A stretch of DNA of 64,000 bases, from NCBI GenBank assembly GCA_053919585.1, contig CM132803.1; one strand, written 5' to 3'. The DNA is from Euprymna scolopes (Eukaryota). The position numbers and the translations under genes were made by a program. Shown here piece by piece: positions 1-10,874 of this stretch. The stretch's first letter is position 1, and every line of letters starts with the position of its first letter. The notes under the pieces were generated by a model that was not told the DNA's origin, searched no databases, and was given only the letters and a program-made list of their open reading frames with translations.

Positions 1-710
1 TTTATTTGATAAGAAATGAAATTATTTTCATTTACATTTATTACTGAAAATTCATTTAGATAATTAATATTAAAATTAATTTTGTAAAATTATATTTTAT
101 AAAATATATTTTTACAATTAATTTTAATTCCTATATATTATATTTCTGTTAATTTATTTAAACAAGAATGTAATCTTGATCAAAACTTTATTTATATTCC
201 CTTATGTTATATTTTTAAAGTGACAGTGCTTAGAAAGTCTAAATGTACAGAAAAACGTATACTTTTTATTTAGAAAATTAAAAATAATATAGTTTTAATT
301 AAAAGGTTAGTAAATTAATATTTTTTACTAAGAACTTGAATTTTAATTTTTCAAATTTAATTTAACTATTATATAGTTTATAGAGAGAAAGAAACGAAAA
401 TAAAACTGTCTCGTTTTTCTTTGTTAGATAGTGTGGAAGTGTAAGAGCCTATTGAAGCAGTAATAGAAAGAAGAAAGCAGTCCTTGATAGAAGAGTAGCT
501 TCCATGGATATTAGTGTTCTGGGTGGTTTTTGATATTTAATTAACAATCACATTTTTTTTTACATGTATATGCGTTTCTATTATTTTTATGAATTTTCTA
601 TTTATTTATTTTATGAAATTATTTTAGTTATCAGTATTTAAAAAATGTTATATAACTGTTTCGTAGTATTCAATAAGAAATAACTGGCCTATCACAAAAA
701 AAAACATATA

Positions 711-850
711 GTAGCCATTACACAGGCATCACACTACATAGGACACATAGTTTCTTTGTAAAAGACATTATAATGTTGGATCATCTGATTATTATAAAGG
801 ATACATCAATTAGTATAACCACCTTGTCTTAAGACGATTTAAGAACAAAG
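711..850 (+). promoter_or_regulatory. Gene 1 conserved upstream motif and putative non-coding first exon
   Basis: AGCCAT 713-718, TAGGA 739-743, splice donor AACAAAG|GTAAGT at 850/851. The same arrangement precedes all 7 genes. TSS not determined. Confidence 0.7.
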
Positions 851-1077
851 GTAAGTTAAAATTTTATTTATGTTCTATAATAAAGAATGCAAACGGCATG
901 CAGATATAAAACATGATCGACCATTGTTATATCAACAAATTTGTTTTATAATAACTAGAACAGCACTTTTTTATCTTTGATAAATTATTCTGAAATATTA
1001 TTCAAAATATTTTCCTATTTTTTCTTTAAATTATTTTTTTTTACAATAGATGAAATAAAATATCAAAAAACAAAATA

Positions 1078-1122
<45 letters not shown>

Positions 1123-1626
1123 CAAATCTCAGTAATATTTCAATATCGTTTGTGCATCCATGTTAAGAATCTTTGTTCATAAATTCTAATACCATGTTGA
1201 TATTGACAATTATATTGTAGACTGACAGATATTTACAATTTTTCCTAGTGTATTATTCATTTGTTTTTTAATCATTTAAAATTAATATTTTAAAAAAAGT
1301 CTAAAATAATTTATTTTTTATTTATAAAATAAATAAAAATTTAGATAGAGTAATTTATTTTTATTGATATTTGCAAGGTAGTATTTGGTATTTAGAAAAA
1401 AATTGACCTGGCTAAATACATTACATGTCTGAGGTTGTTAGTTAAGAATTTTCAGACACACATTTATATATGCATGTATATAATCAAATTTTGCAGCTAG
1501 AAGTCTTTGGTAATATTATCTGCATAGAATGTTTATTTTTGTAGTATTATCAGTCATACTAACATTTTATGACTTATAGTTTCTCAGATGCATAACACTG
1601 TACATGTTTTGTTTTTTTAATTTAAG

Positions 1627-4026
1627 ATGCTGAAGATGTTTCTGAAAACTTGCATTAACTTCTACATCTTACACCTTTGTGTGTGTATGGATCTCACTTA
1701 CTATGTGGAAGAAGGGAAAAGTCCAGGTACTTACCTGGGAGATGTTGCTACTGACTCTCTTGTCTTGAAGGACATATCACCTCAAGATGCTCATCAAATT
1801 AGTTTTGGTCTTTTGCAAAAAGGTGCCACTGGCAGTTCACCATTATTCCGAATCTCTGAGAAATCTAGCAAACTCTACACTGCCCAAACATTAGATGCTG
1901 AATCACTTTGCCTTTTCAATAAAGAATGCTTTCAAATGGTTGACGTAGCAGTGAGGAAAGGAACCACTGTTTTCAAATTGTTAGAAATCAAAGTTATCAT
2001 TAAAGATATCAATGATCATCAACCAGAATTCCTTGAAAAACAAGCAACTCTTAAGTTTAGTGAAGATGACCGAAAAGGGGCCAGAAGATCAATTCCAAAT
2101 GCGATTGACAAAGATGTTGGAATTATTAATTCTAAAATAACCTATGAGCTTATAAAACATAGTCAACAATCTTTTTCTTTGTTTGTATCTAAAAGTGTTG
2201 ATGGTGAATCAAAATTGAGTATAATTTTAGAAAAACCTCTTGATAGAGAAGTAAAAGACTCTTATATGCTTCAAGTGATTGCAAAAGATGGAGGTTCTCC
2301 ACCTAAAGAAAGTGTTTTAAATGTTGACGTTATTGTCACAGATGTTAATGACAATATTCCTGTTTTCTCACAGAAGGTTTACAATGTCTCAATTCAACAT
2401 AATCATGAAGAAATTAAACCTGTTACTGTATTGTCTGCTACAGATTTGGATTCTGGAATTAATGGCCGAATATATTACCATACAAATATGAAAACAAATG
2501 AAATGACAAGAAATGCTTTTAAATTAAATGAACAAACAGGTGAAATATTTCTAAATAATAAAGTTACTTTAAGAAAAGATTTGATTTATGAATTGTATGT
2601 TGAAGCTTCAGATGGGGGGAAACCTCCCTTGAGTGCATTGGCAAAAGTTTTCATAAATGTGATAAATGAACAAAATAATGCCCCAATTATTGATGTAAAT
2701 TTTTTCTCAACATCAAAGGAAAACACAGTTGATGTTTCTGAAAATATAAAAGTTGGTAGTTTCATTGCTTATGTGAAAGTAAGTGATGAGGATGCTGGTC
2801 AGAATGGAGAGGTGAACTGTGAAATAAAACATGATAAATTTCAATTGCAAAACATGGGAACCAAGAAATACCAAGTTATAGTGAAAACTCTTTTAGACAG
2901 GGAAACTGAAGATCATCACAGTATAATTATCAAATGTCAAGACAAAGGATCTCCTCCTCTTCAAAGCAAAAGGACATTTTCTGTACATGTGATTGATGTT
3001 AATGATGTAGAACCAGTGTTTTCTAAACAATTATTTAAATTCTTCATTGATGAAAACCAAAGATCGAAAATTCCTATTGGCACAATCAATGCCACAGATC
3101 CAGACTTGGGACTTGGAGGTAAACTGTCTTTTTCTTTAGTGAGCACCAATAAACAATTTGTACCATTTCGAATCACTGAAAATGGATTAATCTCTTCAAT
3201 TATGTCTTTAGACCATGAGTTTCAAGATACTTATAATTTTGAAGTGTTTGTAAAAGACAAAGGAAGTCCATCATTGAATAACACAGTGAATGTGATTGTT
3301 AAGGTGAGAGATGAAAATGATAATGCTCCATATTTCACATTTCCCAGTGTTAATCCTTATAATATGGATGTAACATATTACCCGCATCATACAAAGAACA
3401 TCAGCCAGATAAAGGCATCAGACAGTGACAGTCAAGAGAATGCATTTCTAAAATATGAAATAATCAGAGGCAATAGCAAACAGATATTCAGCATCAACCA
3501 GTACACTGGTTTGTTATGTTCAACTCATGTCCTAAGCCAACAAGATGCTGGCTCATATGAGCTGGAGTTTCTAGTGAAGGACAGTGGTAGCCCAGTTCTA
3601 TCAGCCAGAACTACTGTATATTTGACACTGACCGTAAGCAACAAGACATCAGAAATGTTAAATGCTGTTAACATCAAAAAAGATAACAAGATCCACCTGA
3701 CTTCAGCAATTATCATTGTGTCTGTAGCAGTGACAATAGCTGTGATCATTACAGCTTCAATCTCAGTGTGTATCCTTCGCTGTTGCAATCCTCGAAGCGT
3801 TCCAGTAGCAGAAGGTGGATATGTGAGTAGTGGTCAGAGACATTTAATAAGTCCTCCTTACCCAGCCAATCCTTGGTCTAATGTTGCTCTTCCTACAAGT
3901 GATGCAGTTGATATGAGAAGAAGCAGTCAACCACCAACACCCAGAATGCAAACCCATCCTTACGCTCAACAGATGTTACCATCACAAGCATCAAAATCAC
4001 AAGCACCTGCAGACTCTGTTTCACAG
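1627..4026 (+). CDS. Protocadherin gene 1, large exon (signal peptide, EC1-EC6, TM, proximal cytoplasmic tail)
   Basis: Cadherin motifs DINDHQP, LDRE, DVNDN, AxDxDxG, DxGxP; hydrophobic TM AIIIVSVAVTIAVIITASISVCIL; phase-0 donor CAG|GTGAGT. Spliced product ~950 aa. Confidence 0.95.
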
Positions 4027-4152
4027 GTGAGTGGAATATCCATTATTATTTTACATATATTTATTTACATTTTTATTTGTATTAATTTGTAAATGATTAT
4101 CATGATTTTTCTCATTGTTTTAATTTGATTCATGTTTTACTATTCTATTTAG

Positions 4153-4315
4153 ATGTATATTCAAGATGTGGCATTGCCATCTGGTAGTGACAGAAGTCAG
4201 AAAAAAGTTGGCAGAATGCAAAACTATTCTAGTAGAAATTCTATAAAATCTTCACATAATGATGACAGACAACGTTGGAATGATAGAAACCCAGGACTAA
4301 TTGAAGGCATGACAG
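4153..4315 (+). CDS. Protocadherin gene 1, cytoplasmic exon A (MYIQDVALPSG...)
   Basis: TTTAG acceptor, ACAG|GTGAG donor, 163 nt open in frame, homologous exon in all paralogs. Not in the ORF track. Confidence 0.9.
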
Positions 4316-6239
4316 GTGAGTTATGAGAGAAAACTGTTTCTATATACTTGTAACCAGACAGGAAGGTTGTTTTTGTCACAATCCTGCTTCATGAGATCAA
4401 CTAGTGTAACTAGGCTGTTTCCAGTCCCTAAACCCAGGGACCCTTCAAAATGTAACCAGACACTTACTTGTGACTGGAACTACCACTCTGATGCTCATAG
4501 CGCACAAAACTTGCACAACCCTAAGTCTGTGTGGCAATACTCTAAACTCGTGGGTTGGCTGTCTGTTGTCAGATGCTGTGGTTGAGTTTTGGCTTCTCTT
4601 AGTTGTAGTTTAGTATCAGGTTCTGTAAATAACTGTGTTTTCAAATCAAAACCATTCAATAATCAATGATAACTCAGAGATCATTTTCTTATAAAAGAGA
4701 ATAATTATTCATAAATATTTCAGGGTACACTTTGTGCAAAGGAAAGTCAGATTTTTGGGGTTCTTAACAATTTCAAGATGCAGGATTTTTAACTTGTTCA
4801 GACAGCTTCTCGATAGGAGGATGGAAAAAAATGCTTTTTCCACTTAGCTCTTTGGGGGAGATATCCAGCCCTGTGCAGGAGCCCAAAGCTGAAGTGTACT
4901 CTTCGATGGCCAGCACACAAGTTATCTGCCAAAATTAAACGGTTTTATCAATTTGTCGTTTCCCTTTCTTTCTAGGCCAGATTACCATTTCTTCCTCCGT
5001 CATTTGGAGATTACCATTTCTCCCTCTGATCTCTTTTTTCTTTCTCTTTCTTAAACCCCTTTTTCTCTTTCCCTCTCTTCTCCTTTGTTCTAAAGAAAGT
5101 TTATTATTATAGCAAAACTTTCTGTTAGGAGGTGGGGGTCCCTCACTTGATACAAGCCATATGATAATCATATATAAGTTCTGTGTTGCATAATATTTCA
5201 AGAAAATTTTCCTTTATCAGGTGTGTTTGACATAGTTATTTATGGTTTGTTTTCATATAAATCAACACTTGTAATAAAAACTTGGTAAGTGGTATATTTT
5301 AGAATAAATTCAAAGACTACTAAAATAGTTTTTTTTAAATGTTCTCTGCTTATTTAATTTAGCATTTATTTTATAGATTTCCTATTTATAAATTATAAAA
5401 ATTTGGATATATTATTGAGTTGATTAACGTTTCTTTCCCCTAGATTAAACTATCCCTCAATTTTGGAATTGGGTTATAAAAAAAACCTTTTTTTAATCAT
5501 TTTAATAAACCATCATTTGTAAATAACTAATTAAGTTATCCATTTGTTTACAAAATTTCTATCTATGACTTTTATTCTTTCACTGAATATTTATCACCTA
5601 CCCGCTTTTATTCTATACGTCATCTATGACTCACTTCTGTACAATGCTTTCTCTCTGTTTATTAACAATTGATGATAAAAAATGAAAGATTGAAATATGA
5701 ACAAAAGGAAATGTCACCACAAATAGCAATCCTATTTCTTATAATTGGAAAAGAAAAGTAGCAGAGTTATAACATGTAGAAAGAAGCTAATTTTCAGATT
5801 TTAAACTTTTATTTTTTATATCCAACTAGCTTTGTAAACAAATGTTTTCCCCCTGATTCAAACAATTTAACCTAAACTCAATGGGTTATCTCATAGAAAA
5901 GAAAGACCTCATAATTCTATGCTAATTTGCTAATCAAAGAATGGATATGAATATATATTTATACATATAATACAAAATTCATATTTATTCTTGATTTTGG
6001 ATATTGCTCCCAGACATTTTATAATTTGTAATACATTTCAGTTATTTGCTAACTTTAAACCTGAGCAAGTATAATAATCACCAGTTGCATAAATAAAACA
6101 TAATGTTCCTTTGAAAGTAATCATAATCTTTATTTAAATGTAACAAAACTTTGCAAACAGTTTACAATAGCTCAGTGTCTGGGCTTAAATTCATATAGAA
6201 CCCAATTTTAGTTTAATAAGTAGAGCTTATTCCTACATT

Positions 6240-7110
6240 GTAAACAGCATAGACTTGTCTGTGTTATGCAGGAAGGCCTTGAAAATTGCTTAATACATGG
6301 GAGTAATTGGAATAACACTCACTGTCATAAAAGCAGTCAAATCTTCACATAGGGGCAGAAGCAATGAGACCCTGAAAGGATTAATGCCAGTGACAATGAC
6401 TGAATTTAAAATTTGCCTGTGTTTTTTGGAAAGTGTAAACCTGTATTTTTATAAGCTATCTCGGTGGGGTAATGGAATATAAATTCGACTTGAAACTAAT
6501 ATTGTAGTTTATTATTAAATGAATTGAGAAAGTTTTGATCATGTATCAGCTGAGCGCGGTGACAAACATAGTGTGTGATCCCTATGCATCTTACAGGCAA
6601 TGCATTCACAACTCTGTCAGAAACTGACTGAGGAAAGAAAGGTGGATTTTGCTTTCATTAAGAGAGACCTATTTACATAAATTACATCAAACTTCTATGC
6701 AGCACACACATATTTTATAGTCCAGGTAAAACTGTGGATGTTTTGTGGGTGGATCTGCAGAACCATTCTTGATCATGTATAACAGCTCTATGCACTTCTT
6801 TCTGAATGGAGATGAACATTCCTAGCTTGAGCAAAGAAAAACCAGATGAAAACCATCAGGATAAAGTGTTTTAAATGCAATGGACCAAACCACTTAACCA
6901 GAGATTTTCTCATTTGACATGGTAGAAGAGCACTGGACCACTAACTTCAGAAAAGTGATACTCATTGTTTTCAATGTAGTTAATGGGTCATGTTTATCAG
7001 AACTGCCTGAGGGAAAGTTATGCACCACATATTTCTCCAGACAAAATTTGAACTTAGCACTATCAACCATAAGAATAGATATGTGCAAAAAAAAAGTTAT
7101 GGTGCAATAG
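6240..7110 (+). mobile_element. Decayed Gypsy-type LTR retrotransposon relic (gag, start of protease)
   Basis: Degenerate zinc knuckles CFKCNGPNHLTRDF (from 6867) and CFQCS..GHVYQNC (~6965-7005); gag-like QKLTEERKVDFAFIKRDLFT; stops and frameshifts. Ends approximate. Confidence 0.6.
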
Positions 7111-7319
7111 TCACTTCCACATGTTTTGCACCATAGTCCGCCAAATGATTTAAATTTAAACCTAAATTCATGTTTTAAAATGGACCTTATTTATTGAGTG
7201 TCAATCATTGCTATTTTCAATTGAATGTTTATATAGAATTATAAATTCATTCAGATTGGATCTGCAAATAATGGAAATGTTAGTTAAATCATTATTTTTT
7301 ATATCTTTAATGAAAATAA

Positions 7320-7900
7320 CTGATTGTCATGGACGAAAGTACCATTCCCAAGAGTGCAATATGTAAACACCTTGGCCTAACATTATCAGAAAACATGAAT
7401 TGGAATAAATAAATAGATGATACTGCCAAGTCTGCTTCGAACTTGAAAACTTTTCACACCTATCAGTATCCTGTATCTTTAAAAAGCCACCATTCAATCA
7501 TGCATGGAGTATTGTTGCCACATCTGGTACACCAGCTCAGATGTGGCAACAATTAGTTTGTCCATTTTAGGCAGGGTCTGAAAAAGTCTCTCCCTTAACA
7601 GGTTCTGCACTGCATGCAAAGATCGAGTCTATTACCAAAACGTTGCATCCCTGTGCTTGTTTTACAAATACTTTCATAGAATGTGCTCCAATGAAATTAC
7701 TGCACTTATAACCTTTCAATATAAATATCCACAACCAACCCAACTACCAACAAAATCGGACTTCTTCATTTTAGAGTAATGTATTATGAACAAACATCTT
7801 GCTGACCAATTCCCCACTTAAGTTGTCCTCTACAAATTTTACCTTTATCACAGTAGCTTTTTACACAATATGCCTTGTTTAACGAGAATAAAAGATTTTT
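7320..7900 (+). mobile_element. 5'-truncated CR1-like LINE fragment (end of ORF2)
   Basis: HLGLTLSENMNWNK and KATIQSCMEYCCHIW; same family signature as the LINEs at 25.4-30 kb and 37.5-38.4 kb. Confidence 0.75.
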
Positions 7901-7937
7901 AAAACTTAAAAAAAAATAAGTGCAATATGAAATTGTA

Positions 7938-7963
7938 TAATAGTAGTAGTAGCAGTAATAATG

Positions 7964-8025
<62 letters not shown>

Positions 8026-8048
8026 CAATAACAACAACAACAGCAGCA
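7938..8048. repeat. Compound (TAG)n/(TAA)n/(CAA)n/(CAG)n microsatellite
   Basis: Direct reading. Confidence 0.95.
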
Positions 8049-8590
8049 GAAATATACATGGTCGAATTTTTATTCATATTTCTTCCTTTGGTTATATAAC
8101 AGTTTATATATTATATATACATGATTATTATAATTTTTAAAAGAATGATTTAATTTGAAATTTTTAATATATTTATCAGCATTGATTAATATTTTTCAAT
8201 CATAATCTTTTTTTGTACGTTTGCTTTAAACTGTTGTAACTAAATATTTCTGATTTGACCTCAACATTTTTATGTCAATAATATATATATTATCAATTCA
8301 GAATTAAAAATGTTTTTTTGAAAAGTTGTGTCATTTTTTGGAAACGTTGTTATTCTTAAGTTTTTCAAAGATGAATGAATAAGTATTAGTTTTCTTGTGT
8401 ATGACACTGTGATCAATTTAAAATTAAATTATTTGTTAGCAAGAAATATACCTGAATATCACCTTTTTCAAATAAGTCTCACCATGTTGTCAGAAACTGT
8501 ATGACTTTAGTAGATATTGATAATATTAAGTAAGTTTTAAAATTGATGTTTCCCAACATGAAATTAATGATGCTGCTACTTTTTTTTCAG

Positions 8591-8880
8591 ATATATACCC
8601 TGCCCAATATTGTAATCCTCCTCCTTCACAAATTAATCAACGCCATACAACAGAGACAAGACCCTTAGGACAGACTGTCAGCTACCCCAGTGATACAACA
8701 ATAGTAGCAAGAGGTTTCTACACACCCTACATGAATGAAAACAGTCCTCATGCAGATGCAAAGTCTGACTCTGGTGGTGAAAACAATAGTTTATCTAGTA
8801 GACAGTTACAATCAAGAAATATATCTGCAAGTGGTAGCCAGTCTTCAATCAACAGACCACTACCACCTGTACCATGCTAA
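8591..8880 (+). CDS. Protocadherin gene 1, terminal cytoplasmic exon B (DIYPAQYCNPPP...RPLPPVPC*)
   Basis: Poly-T CAG acceptor, phase 1, open to TAA at 8878-8880, homologous in all paralogs. Not in the ORF track. Confidence 0.9.
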
Positions 8881-9751
8881 AAGTAATCCCTAACAATACA
8901 TATATCTTTAAACAAAATTCTTAGTATTTTCAAAATTAATTGAAAGTTAATTTTTTTAACCTAAACGTGATTAAATGTTTTTAGATAAAAGCTTATAACT
9001 TTTTTGCATACTTATTAAAATTACATATTTCTTATTTATTCAAATGTTTCTTTCTATTGTTAAGCATTATACAACATTTTTGTTGTTCTGCCATTATTTA
9101 CCTTTGTTTTGTTTAATTAGTAATTAAAATAAATGCTTATAATTTATTTTCGTTTACTAAATTTATTTATAAATTTAAAAAGAATTTAATTGGTACATAC
9201 ATACATATAAAAAAAACTTTCCATCTTTAAATTTAAGTTTGAGGAAATATGGCTTTTAATTCTATGTATTTGATAATAAAAAATGAATAATCCTAACCAA
9301 CTGATGGCTTGTAAAATCATATTCAAATATAGATTCTATAATTTTCTTTTCATTATTTATTTATTATTTGAGCACAAAATGGAAATAAAAATGTAATACA
9401 ATAATAATAAACTAAATTAATTGAAATTGAAATCAGTATCACAATGCAATAAAAAGTATATACATCGTCTATTTTTTGTAGAATTTGTGATAAAAACAAC
9501 ATGCCAGAAAATGATAGAAAGAAAGGAGTAGATTATGAGGGATGAATAGCATAATTTCCAAAGCATTTTTACATTTATTTTTCTTCTTTAATTAGTTTTG
9601 ATTTAATTTAATATTGACACTGATTTTTATTTATTTTTATCAAAATAATGCACATTTTTATATATAAATAAATAAATAATTAAAATTAAAATCTGTTGTT
9701 TTGGTTTCGTAGATAATAATGCCTTGCTCTATTCTCTAAAAAGTGTTTATA

Positions 9752-9904
9752 GTAGCCATTTTAAAGACTGCATATAACATAGGACTGCTGGATTAATATA
9801 TAGCTGAAACAAAGAGAAACATGTCACTATGATGAAGTAGTATTGTTCATATTCACTGTTCACAGAGTTGCTGTTATATAGTATAAACAGCTTTCAGAAC
9901 AAAG
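9752..9904 (+). promoter_or_regulatory. Gene 2 conserved upstream motif and putative non-coding first exon
   Basis: AGCCAT 9754-9759, TAGGA 9780-9784, donor AACAAAG|GTAAGT at 9904/9905. Confidence 0.7.
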
Positions 9905-10328
9905 GTAAGTTGTTTTTATCTAAGTTTACTATTTTTATTTGTACTAGTAAAAAAACAGAAACTCATCCTATAAAAATTAATTGTGTGATATTTATCATCA
10001 GTTATAATGTATAGAAAATGTATAGTCTATATTAATTTAATCAAAATAACTATTTTGTATATACATTTTGAATGATGTTTACTATTCAATCAGCATTCTG
10101 TTGGGTAAAAATTGTATTTTTTAATGTTTTTATTTCTGTTGATTAATATTTTAAACTTGTATTCTACCTGTAATCGGTACATCTTAAATTTTTAACCCCA
10201 CTTTTTAACATGATTTTCCTTGATTTTCGTTAAGACTTTAAATTAAAATACTTGAATGTTTGTGTATCTAGAATTACTTTCTATCTATTCATTCGAATAT
10301 GACATTTTTTGTTTTGATATCCAATTTT

Positions 10329-10393
<65 letters not shown>

Positions 10394-10675
10394 TATTATC
10401 ATCGTTTTACATAAATCTTTATTAAATTTATGATAATTTTTGTAAATTAAGCTATTTAATAATTTTAATATTTACAATTAATATAATATTGATAAATAAA
10501 TCATTAATAATTTCACTCAGCTTACTAGTAGTTGTTATTGAAAATATAGGACTATAATTTATATTGTTTCATATGTGTTATTGATAAATTATTTTATCTT
10601 AAAAAAATGTATGTATATTTTAATCTTTTTATTATACTATGAAAAATTATAAAATATTTCTATGAATTTATTATG

Positions 10676-10741
10676 TATTACAGCTTTATATAGGAATGAT
10701 TGCCACTATTACAGCTTTATATAGGAATGATTGCCACTATT
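10676..10741. repeat. Perfect 31-bp tandem duplication near the gene 2 intron 1 acceptor
   Basis: TATTACAGCTTTATATAGGAATGATTGCCAC x2. Confidence 0.9.
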
Positions 10742-10874
10742 CACCTAGTCAAAAAATACATTTTCATTCTAAAGTATTTTTTATTTCATATTTCAGTGAT
10801 TGCAATCTGTCATCATAATGATCGCTAATTATCATGTGATTAGTCAAAAACAATCGGAATCATCAATTACAATA

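Noticed and set aside
3525-3788. Antisense ORFs (MQQRRIHTE..., MIRNGTNC..., MKLPTF...) repeated in several or all genes
   Set aside because: They are shadows of the near-identical sense coding block and give no independent evidence of coding.
4027-4092. Hydrophobic C-termini of the long ORFs in the track (apparent single-exon genes or a second TM)
   Set aside because: Read-through past a conserved GT donor into T-rich intron; lengths and sequences are not conserved. Intron-retained isoforms cannot be excluded but nothing supports them.
4349-5232. GC-richer insert after gene 1 exon A with TG...CA-like ends (possible solo LTR)
   Set aside because: No convincing TSD, terminal repeat or coding relic; probably a repeat but cannot be classified by eye.
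7784-8077. Poly-Tyr ORF
   Set aside because: Translation of a (TAA)n microsatellite.
8713-8730. WIRS (WAVE-binding) or PPxY motifs in the tail
   Set aside because: GFYTPY lacks the required T/S-F, and SPPYP is not PPxY.
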